DNA of 63,716 nucleotides, counting the filler, from Sphacelaria rigidula (taxonomy: Eukaryota), in NCBI GenBank assembly GCA_964200075.2. It is 10 parts of 10 records of this genome, joined end to end, with 100 filler letters (N's around TTAATTAATTAA, not from the genome) between each part and the next. Parts side by side here need not be neighbours in the genome. Positions count along the whole stretch, not along the records: positions 12,767 to 19,048 come from CAXNAA020021030.1; positions 19,149 to 25,430 come from CAXNAA020021031.1; 8 more parts are not named here. One strand, given 5' to 3'. Below are positions 12,839 through 23,764 of this stretch, in pieces. Numbering within the stretch: position 1 is the first letter of the stretch; every line of letters begins with the position of its first letter. The notes below the pieces were generated by a model, which worked only from the letters and a program-made list of their open reading frames with translations, had not been told where the DNA came from and did no database searches. Position numbers and translations under genes: made by a program.

Positions 12839-13900
12839 GGCGCCCGTGTATCAAATTTGCGCTATCGTTGCCAAACAAAGCAGTACACACGGACTGCTTG
12901 GCGTCACCCGTATTGGGCCATGTACAGGAAATGTGTACCGGAATGTGATGGGCAAAAACGCTTACTCCACCATGCCAACGCGCGGACACCCCCTGCCCAT
13001 CCTTAACAATGTTGACCTAACCCTGAAGTCCCTACACGATAAGATTTCTACGGCCTACCCTCTACAACACGTGGTACGAATGTGGACCCGGAGTATAGCA
13101 CCGTATACCATGTGAAACCCGAAAGATTCATATAATGGTGCGGCTTTCCCGCCACTTCATGTTACCCAAATAAGCTGTCCGTTGTGGAGAGTGGAGTGTC
13201 ATACATGCCCGGCTCCACGTCGAGTGCATAGGTGGGTGGCCCATCGTGGATACCCTGAACCCCGACCCCCCGCTCTCCCCTGTCAATCGTTTACGACATG
13301 TCAGGGGTAGGTTTGGTTTAGGCTTGACCACGGGATGACATAAACTTATTTGTTTCCTGAATGACGAACCCATCGTAACTTACATGCAGCAGAATCGTTT
13401 TGAGCGGATTGGTTTGGAGCATCAGCGGGTGTTTCGTAGGAATTCAAATTATTTACGCTCAACAGGACTCGTCTGCTGTGCTGTACACGAAGTCTGAAAG
13501 TGGCGATGGAACCAACGAACATGAACGAACAAGCCTGGACACCTCGGTTTCATTAGATACGCGCTCAAGAGGACAGTCAACCATTCAGTTGCAGTGGGGG
13601 AATTGCTTGTCGAGACGATGTTGATACCAGCAACGATCGTCTGTCGAACGGCAGTGAACTTATTCCAATGGGTCATTATACTCAATTGATGCCACTTGTA
13701 TGCGTGGTCATCTTCCGCTACTGTTTCGTACTTCCTCTGTCCTAAAACTCTGGTGGGTTTGTTTGTATGTTGACCTTGTCCGATATTTTCGGGGGGGTTT
13801 GTTGCATACTTTGGCGCCGTTTTAGCCAAGAACAATATTTTCTGTCACAATTGGTGCTTGATCCATGCGACCGAACGGCCGCTAAAACATCAGTTGGCCT

Positions 13901-14418
13901 GAATTTGCCGTATTTCGCCCCTAGTCGAGGGGGGGGAAATGTCTTAATTTTTTTATTTATTTCTCGCACTTTGAACCCCTCTCCTTCCTCGGGATGAGTT
14001 CGTGGTCTCAAGGGATTAACCCCTCTCTCGCCCGGTACACGCCTTGCATTTTGGTCTCGCTGTTGGATCATGACTATCAGTACTCCCGCATCGCGTCAAC
14101 TCACGACAAACAAACTCAGTCGACTACTTTGTTTACTCACGTTCACACGCTTTCCACGGTGGACATCAGACATCACGAAGAAAAAACCAACACATCGGAA
14201 ATCGAACGCTCGTTCTCTCTACTTTAATGGCGACAGTCGGACCATTACACCACCGGGGCGCGGCAACAACAAAAGAAATCGTAAAGTTGCAAAAATGGTG
14301 AAAAGGGCCAAACACCCTACGTTTTGGCTTGATTATTGTACAGAGGCTAGCTACGCCCCGTCCCACACCACGTTTGCCACGTTATTACCTCGACTAAGTA
14401 CGAAAATGGCAAAAATCG
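13901..14418. mobile_element. Possible MITE with degenerate 30-bp inverted repeats
   Basis: GAATTTGCCGTATTTCGCCCCTAGTCGAGG at 13901-13930 versus CCTCGACTAAGTACGAAAATGGCAAAAATC at about 14388-14418. Confidence 0.4.
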
Positions 14419-15281
14419 GTCGATTTCAGCTGAAAACAGATTCGAACGGGCCGAAATTAGGTCGATTCTGATCCAAAGTTGCGCACACAATACGATTCGT
14501 TTTCATCTTTTTTCTTGCTCTATGAGCATCCATCTCCAAAACTTCATCTCTTCGCCAATCCCAACTACAGCATCGTGAGCCCCCCCGCTGAGCAGAAACG
14601 ACCTGCACCTCATAGCCACCCAGACCCATGGGCCAAAGAGGAAGTATATGCCCAATTTTTTCAAAAGCAAAGGGATAGCTTCTAGCTGTCATCCGCTTAA
14701 AAAAATCTTTCGAAACACTCGAAGGCCTGGAGATTTCATAGCATCGTACGGACATGATGTTTCAAAATGTTTTTTTAGAGCTAGTGCTGGAGCAACCTCA
14801 TCGACAGAGGGAGAGAGACAACGCGACCAGAGATCAAAAACCAGTAGACTTTTCGGTTTCATTTTCTTTCTCAAGCGCGCCCAGTGAAATTAATGCCACT
14901 GCGTGAAATGTCGTGTCCATATGTGTTTTTCTGGGGTGAGCGTTACTTGATTGGAGCGTCGAAACTACGCTCATTACTTCGTGACAAATGGCTCCAGTGT
15001 GGAAATCCATCGCTGGCACCCCAGCCTTCTGAGGATTGGTTTTGTTTGGCGATCCACATGCCCTCAACCACGCAACACTTCAACCAAAATACATACATCG
15101 ATAGGCAGCGAGGAAGGCAACGGAAAGCACGCTCACTCCATGACTGAGTAACGCAGCAAGGGCAGAATGTGCTTGATGAGACTGTGTGGGGTATTGTCCC
15201 CCTATCCCACATAACGTATCGACGAATTCCCGCACGCGGTGCAAATGCTTGCATGCAGAACTATTCATGCTATAGAAGTGA

Positions 15282-18019
15282 TTATAAGGTAACCGTTACT
15301 GTCCTCACCGCTCCTGTTGAGGGCTTGCTCCCGACGCGCCAGCGCTTGGATCGATCAAACCGCCACCTCCTGCCGGGCCCGCCTGTTTGGCTCGCGACAA
15401 AGCAGATGCCGAAGGCTAGGCACACAATCTCTGTCCGTTCAAGCACCGCAAGGGGTCATTTCAGGCTAATGTTGGCTAGTTGCATACGGTGGCCATGTGG
15501 TTGCTCATGGAAGGTATGCGTTTGTCAGCAGGGGTTGGTTAACTGCACCACGGTGAATGAACGTCGTGCCAGAGAAAGTGACCCTACTGACTCTGAAGGG
15601 CCTTCCTCAAGGGGCAAACGGATTGATTGGCTGAGTGATTGTCGCACGCGATCTGATCCCCAAGGGCTCTAGTCGTTCCCACAAAATAGACTTACCCAAG
15701 GCTAAAAAGACGGAAATTCTTGGTAAAAAAACTCGAGAATGAGGGAAGACGAAGGGAAAAGGATAGGACACACGGAGTAAACTCGACAAAGACGAGAGTC
15801 ACTGCTAGATTTTGGTCATCTTCTCAAGTTGCGTAAAGACAGTCGTTAAAGTGTCACCACGGTACGCACTCACCCCACATTCCGCCCACTGCACCAAGCA
15901 AAGCCCAAGCGTCCACGGGATCCACCTCTTCCACAGATTGGTACTCAAAGTCGTTGATGCTGAATGTTGCATAAAGCATGGCCCCCGTGAACTCACCATG
16001 AAAGTCTGCCAACTGGATCGTGTGGTCGGCGCTGGTGGTTGCCTGCCGGAAGTGGAATTACGTTGTGTACAACTAGACGTTTGCATCGCCCTTATTCAAC
16101 TGTACCACCTTGGAGGCAGTGGAGTGTACTCATAATAGTGTATTTTCGTTCGCGTGGCTATCACCAGTATGATTTGGTGAAGGGTATGGCCGAAATACCA
16201 AAATACTATAATGTAGATCACGGACACTTAGGGGTCAAATATATGGCACTCCGGATCTCGCACAAAGGTAAACCCTCACCTCTTCAGGCGACCACGAATT
16301 TGACTCACCTATCGTTCAGGTACTGACACAGCCTACACATTGAACACATCATCTCAGATATACAGACGTTCCGGGCGGAGCCTATGGGACATTACGATCG
16401 TGTACGGCCGGTGCATAAACACGATATGAGTTGCTGGTACGCACCTGACTATACCGGCGCTTAGTCGAACCCACGTTGCCATTGAAATCCCGCGTCACCC
16501 GCTGGGAGAGGCTCATCGTCTAAACACGTCGAGACACTCATCGATCGCGCAGAGAGGTGAGGGACGGAGGGGGGCGGCAAAGGTATATGCAAACACAGTC
16601 GCAAAAATAGAAGAGATAGGTGAGGGTAGTTCAGTGGGGTATGGCAGGAGCGGGGACAGAGGTAGGCATGACAATACAGCGAGGAATGGGCGCGGAGATG
16701 AACAGAGACATCACGAGAGAAAGAGACATTGGCATCCCGTTGTAGACACTTGGGGTGTTTAACTGGACTATTAACTACGGGCTACATGTGACTCGATGTT
16801 TATATCACGCCAAACTTGATGTTGATATCAAGCCAACGACTCCTAGGGAACCCGACGATAGCACTGTACAACAAATGGTCGGGAACTCGGCTGCAGTAGA
16901 CTTGTCGAGCATCAGCTGGCACCACAGTTTCTCAAACTTAAGACAAAAAAAAACTCTTGGTGTGTCATGCACCGTACGATCCCATGGCAAACTGTATGTT
17001 GAGGATCCCCCGTGATTCTCTCACCACATCGTTTGATAAGAAGCTGAACGGCGTCGACCCAGAGATGTTGACACGCTCGTAAGGCAGTCTGACCGCCACG
17101 ACAGCGTCTTCCACACCGGTTTCATTGTCCAGGAAGAACGTGTTGAGAAACCTTCGTGTGCTGGGCAGAGGGTCAGTAGCGACCTCATCATACCAAAGCA
17201 TCTGCCTCACCAAGCGACCGGATCGACGTGAAACGGGGAGGACTCAGTAAATAAATCACGTTGTTTTGTGCAGCCACGGGCTACTTGGCAGACATCTTTA
17301 CCTATGATTTTGGAGGCGACTCAGTATTACGTGTCTTCTCTGCTCTGCCGCTTCGTGATCAACCACGTTCGAGGCTACGAAATTCGGTGCCGACCTACGA
17401 GCATAAGAACAAAAAGAGCGGGTGAACTTGCCGTGGACTATCGAAGCGACACTACTACATGTCTGTGTTCGTAACATCTCGGCGATAATACACAGAGACC
17501 GCCCAAAGGACTCACATAAACCGAAGCGTGCAGCGACCGCACGTTTCCAGCTCTGATTCCTTCCCAGTCGATGGTGAAATTGGATAGATTGACCGTCGGA
17601 CAAAATTCGTGCGCCGCCGATTCAATAGACACGCGGAAGAACGGCAGGGAATCGGTGGGAGCTGACGTGGGAGCTGACGTGGGAGCAGACGTTGGAGCTG
17701 ACGTGGGGGCTGACGTGGGGGCTGACGTGGGAGCTGACGTGGGAGCTGACGTGGGAGCTATCGTGGGAGCTAAGCTGGAAGCTAATATTGGAAGTGACGT
17801 TGAAGAGCTCGAAGAAATCAATACTGGCATTGCAGCGCTCGAAGTGGGCGCAATAGTACTCATTGGCTCCATAGGGGCCGCTACCGGCGCCAAGGTGCTT
17901 ACTAGTATAAGTGGGGGTAGTGTAAGAGCAGGTATGGGTGCTAGTGTCGGGGCCGGTGTAGGGGCTGGTGTGGGCGCGAGGGTCAGAGATGGTAGAAAAT
18001 CCCGGTCCTCAACGAACCC
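15282..18019 (-). CDS. Spliced 3' part of a membrane protein with a mucin-like stalk and DEG/ENaC-like C-terminal TM segment
   Basis: Five phase-compatible GT-AG exons: 18019-17516, 17201-17025, 16519-16445, 16042-15874, and 15430-15309 (or on to the stop at 15282). They join without stops: GFVEDRDFLP..(TSAP)n..HEFCPTVNLS..HASVY/MLWYDEV..RLPYERVN..NDV/TMSLSQRV..RRYSQ/ATTS..LYATFSINDFEYQSVEEVDPVDAWALLGAVGGMW/EIVCLAFGICFVAS. N-terminal exons not resolved. Confidence 0.8.
17655..17771 (-). repeat. Coding 12-bp minisatellite encoding (TSAP)n
   Basis: About 9-10 GTGGGAGCTGAC units inside exon 18019-17516. Confidence 0.9.
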
Positions 18020-18781
18020 CTACAATCGTCGCCGAGAGGAAAACAAGGCATGATTTGGCATAGGGAATGCCGGAACGACGAAGCCGCGCGCGCAACGGAT
18101 ACACATCAGTGGTAAATATGAACGTTTGTACCATACACTGGCGATTGTGGATTGGGACCTTTCGCAGCGTTGCCATCATACACATTGCACCACATTAGAA
18201 CCTGCCGTGCGTCATACTCAAGTTAAGCTTGGAATTTATCGGCTGAAGTTGATTGTGAAGCTGCCGACGCGGAGAGCGATACAACACAAACGACACACCT
18301 TGTGGCCAATAGCGCGCAGAGCGACGCTGAAGCTACAAGGACGCTTCCCACAGTCAGGCCAAAACTCGTCGGATTAATGAGGCATGACAACGATTGTCCT
18401 TCAGCGGATCCCGGTGTTCCTGGGCAGTAAACACAAATTATCCCGATTGCCCGTGGCGTGATGAAACCGAGCTCTGAGCGGGTTCCTCAAAAGTAGTTTA
18501 GAGGCACTTTTTCGCCGCCAACCAATGATAAAATGTTTGGAAAAAATGAGGAAAACTAATACATGTCTGAAATGCCCAGGCTGTGATGACGTGTCATCGC
18601 CATCATGCAAATTACTGGAGCACATGCAAGTTTTCTTCTCATGAGAACACATGACACGCACTACAAATGGGCATGTGGCCGCTATTCAGCTCCACACGCT
18701 CTGCTTGTTTGACGGGAAGCTGCCCAGCGTTGGGCGAGTGGCAACAATTCGCGTGGCTCTCGAAAATTGTTTGGGGCGCGA

Positions 18782-19048
18782 GGGGAGGGGGGGGGGGGAG
18801 GGTACTCATTTGTTGCTTGCCTTAGTCGTGTGACCGTTGACCACGCATCCCTTTCGAGACGCAGCACCGTTCCTACTTCTAAGAGAGACACCTCCAACAT
18901 TCCGGCGCCCATGGCGTTTCTTCAAAAGCTCATGACGTTTCTTCCATATATCACACAAAAACCTTTTACATATCTTATCCCCGTCCTGTTTCGCCGTTTC
19001 CGGCCACCATCAATCTCCTAGTGTAGCCATCGTTTTCTCCCTACTGTC
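18782..19048 (-). mobile_element. Poly(C)-ended retroelement 3' end, subfamily A (long copy)
   Basis: The minus strand encodes ...WWPETAKQDGDKICKRFLCDIWKKR...RRNVGGVSLRSRNGAASRKGCVVNGHTTKASNK*, then GTAC and a C run. Confidence 0.85.
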
Positions 19049-19364
19049 NNNNNNNNNNNNNNNNNNNNNNNNNNNNNNNNNNNNNNNNNNNNTTAATTAA
19101 TTAANNNNNNNNNNNNNNNNNNNNNNNNNNNNNNNNNNNNNNNNNNNNGCTAGGCAGCCAGTCTACCAGGGGTTTTTGCGCGCTTGCGTTTTTTTTGCGG
19201 TAACCATCATGGTAGTCGAGGTAGATCATGTTGTGCGGCGTGGGAGAACCTCAACTCCGCACAATGGGGGTAATCGTACTAAGTAGTGTTGAAATGGTGA
19301 GGCACATATGAGGCAGTGTACAAGCCGTGGCTGTCTCAAGAAGTGACTCGTTGTAGGCTGTCAT

Positions 19365-19428
19365 CCAAATGCGAGGTCAATGATCTTGTGACTATGGCAT
19401 GCATAATCATGAGTACATCCTCCCCCCC
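19365..19428 (+). mobile_element. Poly(C)-ended retroelement 3' end, subfamily B (short)
   Basis: ATGCGAGGTCAATG...GACTATGGCATGCATAATCATGAGTACATCCTCCCCCC. Confidence 0.75.
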
Positions 19429-20749
19429 GGTACAGCACTCCCCCACCACGCCGACTTTTGTCAAGAACAAAAATCTCCGATACTCATATTATTCCGTCCT
19501 CAACGTCGGCAATCAGATACGTCACAGGAAAAAAAACTTTGCCAGGGTTTGAACCCTGGACTTTCCACCATAGCCGGCTTGTACCATTTTAATTTATACC
19601 ACTCGGACGGGGAGACAAATGTGCGTGATTGTAAAACGGCGAAATCTCGCGGGGTCCATGCTTGATCCATTGAGCGCAACATCATTCCTCAACAAGGGGT
19701 CAAGAAGTTCAGTCACACGTGCATCTGTTGACTACAGGGTTGTTCCAGCACGGGGGGGTTCCGTGATAGTGCGGTCGCTTGAAATGCGGTGCCGCACAAA
19801 ACCCTGATCCAATCGCGTCACAAGTTATATTCGCAATACTGATTGATTGAACTAGTGGTCGGTTGACCCATTAACTCATTAATGGATTCATTGATTTCAT
19901 CATTGATTGATTGATTGTCACACATCAACTAGTCAGCAACGGTTATCACGAGATATACGTACGCACGCAAGATAATTCAACAAAAGCACTCGCTGGAGGA
20001 ACACTCGACGAAAGGGATACATGAAAAACCGGAAAAAAACAGAAGAATGAAGCAAAGCTGAGCAAAAGCAAGTGGAATATAGGGAAGAGAGAGGAAAAAG
20101 AGAAATACCAAGTCAATATCTACTGTACTACGAGTTTCAAGAAAGGAATAACAATTCTCCCGGTCTCCCACCGCATGGCCTCAGCGCTATGCGGAGTTCT
20201 CGCACAGCACAACTGTGCCGAACAAGCCAACCATCGATCGCGCAATGTTCATGCCTGCGTTGTTCACTTGAAGCACACGAGGTACGCAAAGGGAACTGCC
20301 ACAGGCGTCTGGCAACTCCAAAGATTTCCGAAATGGGCAGTCAATACTGTGGAAGATAGGAAAGTGAAACCTAAATTTAGCGCCACGACAACATGTGCAT
20401 AGTCGCCTGAGCACTCGAGATACACTGCGTATCCATCACATGGCCTGTTTCTACCTCCCATCGCTTCGTGCATTTTTGCGCTAAGAAAGCACACGCGCGT
20501 CCGTGGAACCTGAAGGCAAATCGATATAACCCGCCCCGATATTGAAAAAAAACAGGAGGGAACGAAGAAAACACCAACGAGACCCTACCTCTCCCTCCTC
20601 CTTGTCCGTTGCGCCGCCAAGGTTTCTTCGGCCTTCTTGATGGTGCCGGGAGGCAACGGCCACAGTGGTGTTGGGTCGCCCTGTCATGACAAACGGGGCA
20701 CCGCGGAGGGTGGGAAGTTACCCGTAAGATTGTTCCGACGAGATAACAA

Positions 20750-21270
20750 CGGATGAGATGATGAAAGATGAGATGATGACAGAAAAAAATGATGAAAGAT
20801 GGAATGACGACATATGAGATGATGACAGATGAGACGATGATAGATAAGATGATGATGATGGTGATGATACAAGAGATGATGACCGATGAGATGATGGCAG
20901 ATGATATGACGAATGATGAGACGAAGACAGAAGAGATGATGACAGGTGAGACGACGACATATGACATAATGAAAGATGAGATCATGACAGGTCAGATCAT
21001 GACAGGCGACCTGAGGACATATAAAATAATTATATATGACGTCATGTCAGATGACATATGAGATGATGAAATATGAGATCATGACAGGTTAGATCATGAC
21101 AGGCGACATGAGGACATATGAAATAATTATAGATGGCGTCATGTCAGATGACATATGAGATGATGAAAGATGAGATCATGACAGGTTAGATCATGACAGG
21201 CGACATGAGGACATATGTAATAATGATAAATGACGGCATGCCAGATGATGTCATGACAGATGACATCACG
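20750..21270. repeat. GATGA-rich low-complexity tract with three units of about 97 bp
   Basis: ATGAGATCATGACAGG starts units near 20976, 21074 and 21170. An (ATG/GAT)n-rich tract lies upstream. Confidence 0.85.
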
Positions 21271-21725
21271 GCAAGTTGTCGTTTCCAAACAGCACAGGGA
21301 CACTCGGCGCACTAGTTGCCGGACAGTTTTTTCGAAATGTGACCGGGCAACGACAACCCCATCCAGAACGGCAAAGATCGGCGGGGCCGGCAAGGATAGA
21401 AACAAGCGGAGACAGAAAGAGCGGCAGACAACATGGCAACAGGAAAAGAGACGCATGTCGAGAGGCAGATACACATCACACAACACACAGACAAAAAGAC
21501 GCGCAGACATACAGACGACGACATAGACTGGTAGATGAACAAAGCACGGAGAAAGGGACAAGGGACAAAAGGGACGGACACAGGGGCAGCCAGAAACACA
21601 CACGCAAACAAGACACACGGAGAGACACAGGGACCCGGATGGCCACATAGCCAAACACAAGGATACAGAACATACCGGCAAGCGGAGGAGAGAAGACAGC
21701 GACACGGGAAGCAGAGAGTACTTAC

Positions 21726-21910
21726 CTCTCCTTCCGCCGTTCTGAAAACGTAGAAGACTCCCATCCCGAAGAGGAAGGCATCCGCCAACATCATGCGATT
21801 CCGACTGCGGATCGCAGCAGTGCTAGCCCTCTCGTCCCCCCCCCCACCTCCATTCTCCCCCTCCCTCTGCGCGTCCACGATGCGATCGGAAAGGCAAGGA
21901 GGGAATGCCT
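21726..21910 (-). CDS. Possible isolated exon of an unknown gene
   Basis: Open frame ...RNRMMLADAFLFGMGVFYVFRTAEGE ending at a strong GAG|GTAAGT donor. The acceptor is uncertain and no partner exon was found. Confidence 0.3.
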
Positions 21911-22040
21911 CTGGGTCGCCGCCAGCGCACACCCCCCCACACAGAACAGAACAACAGCAAGAAGAAAAATGAGAAAATTAATGAGAAAAAATAGCAAAGA
22001 GGAAACAAAAACGGCAAGTAAGAACAATGCATGAAAGAGA

Positions 22041-22292
22041 TGACACTTTCTACGGTAGCCCCTTCCCAAAACCAGCCCAAAACTGTCACGGAGAAAATGG
22101 TCATACAGCGCCTGGAGTTTTGTTTCAGGCTGCATGAAGCGCCTCGTATAGGCGATATTGACGAGAACGAACCCAAGCGTGGGAATTTCCAGCTGCTCGT
22201 TGTGTTCGCCTTGTTTCATTTCGATATACGTGTACATTTTGGATTCCCAAACCAGCGACGTTTTTGTGGAGGCTATCGTATAGAAAGTGTCA
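22041..22292. mobile_element. Candidate 250-bp MITE
   Basis: TGACACTTTCTACGGTAGCC ... GGCTATCGTATAGAAAGTGTCA inverted termini. Confidence 0.5.
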
Positions 22293-23123
22293 GATGCAGC
22301 AAGCAAAAACAAGAAACACGAGATATACGACGCAAATGGATAACATTCAACAAATTTTCAACGGAAAAAACAGACAAAAGTGCGGGGGGGGGGGAATTTC
22401 TTTCCGTAGACAACTTATTTCGTTGTTCAAGACCGCGAGATGGCATTACTATTTCCGTTCGGCCTGGAATGCAGCAGTCGAGACACTCAAGGGTCATTGA
22501 CAAACCGTGTGTGTACCCCCCCCCCCCTTTTTCAGCTTTAAAGAGGGTGGCAGTCAGTGCAAAAGTTGGACCTGTCAGTGCTGGGCCCAAACCACTCAAC
22601 AATTGATCCCGACGCAAAGGCGACGGGCCCACAACCCATGCAGAGCATGCACACCCACGTACGTTCGCGACAAACCAAACGCGCTTTAGGGCCTACCAGC
22701 ACCGCGGGGCACAAGAGTCTCGCAGAACAACCTCTTCTGTCCGAAAATGGAGTGAGTCCACCCACCGCCACCTGCTATATTTATATTCCACCCCTTTCCG
22801 TCCATATTTTCCCCCGCTTGGTCCAAAGTCCACGCGCGTTTTACCACCATCGGCCTTCCACAGCCACCGTCTAACCCACCGACCGCACAGCAAAACCTCG
22901 AACGGCAGAAGGACGTTTCCAAAGCTTCTTTTCACCTCCTCCTACTACGGCCTGGAGACGGGGGACCCTGCCGCTAGTGTTTTCCACCCCACAAAAACAT
23001 GACCCCTACGGGGTGATTTGCCACACTGCACGACCATTGTGGGCGCACGCGCTCACGAACGACACAAGAAGTTACCAAAATTCACGAAAATAAAATGAAA
23101 CGGCACGGCAAGACTTTCCGAAA

Positions 23124-23370
23124 TTGATTGATTAATTGATTGACTGACTGATTGATTGATTGATTGATTGATTGATCGATTGATTGATCGATTGATTGAT
23201 TGATTGATGGATTGTCGCACTTTAACTGACCCCACCAAGGATTCAACCGTGATATTATTGTGGACGTGCCTAAGACAAAACAACACTGAAACACTCAGCT
23301 GCAGAAAAAATAATAATATATATATATATAACAGAACAACAGAGTAGACTAAGACGAATTCACGCAGCAC
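23124..23370 (-). mobile_element. Retroposon 3' end with a long (AATC)n tail
   Basis: About 85 bp of (GATT)n followed by GTCGCACTTTAAC.GACC. The adjoining part matches 63540-63716 (TTTCAGT.TTGTTTTGTCTT.GG.ACGTC). Confidence 0.7.
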
Positions 23371-23711
23371 AAGGATTCACTCGTCATTCACCGGCGCGAC
23401 GCGCAAGCATATCGACGCACCACGCCGTGCAGTGCGCTCTCCACGTACGAAACAATCGCACACACACACACCTTGGACGATGAATGGTCAATAGCTGCAA
23501 CAGACGAAAAAACGTACTGCGCACCGACAACAGTTTGCAATAGGATGATTCTTTACGCAGTAGATTTTTGTCGATTGCAACTATTGACCATCTGTTTTCC
23601 GGGGTATGAACAATTGTAGAAGATGATGAAGGCGCACATATAGTAATAGTGAAGCAACGTGAACTAAGACAAGCCGGCAAGACAAGGTAACTGCGCAAAA
23701 AGTAACATATT

Positions 23712-23764
23712 GGGGGGGGGGGGGGCGTACTCATTTGTTGCTTGCCTTAGTCATTTGACCATTG
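23712..23764 (-). mobile_element. Poly(C)-ended retroelement, subfamily A (very short copy)
   Basis: G14-CGTACTCATTTGTTGCTTGCCTTAGTC.TTTGACCATTG, with another G7 run just beyond the truncated end at 23773-23779. Confidence 0.8.

Noticed and set aside
17571..18053. Plus-strand ORF with (VGAD)n
   Set aside because: Antisense shadow of the spliced (TSAP)n exon.
20377..21061. Ile/Ser-rich and Met/Asp-rich ORFs
   Set aside because: They arise from the GATGA low-complexity repeat.
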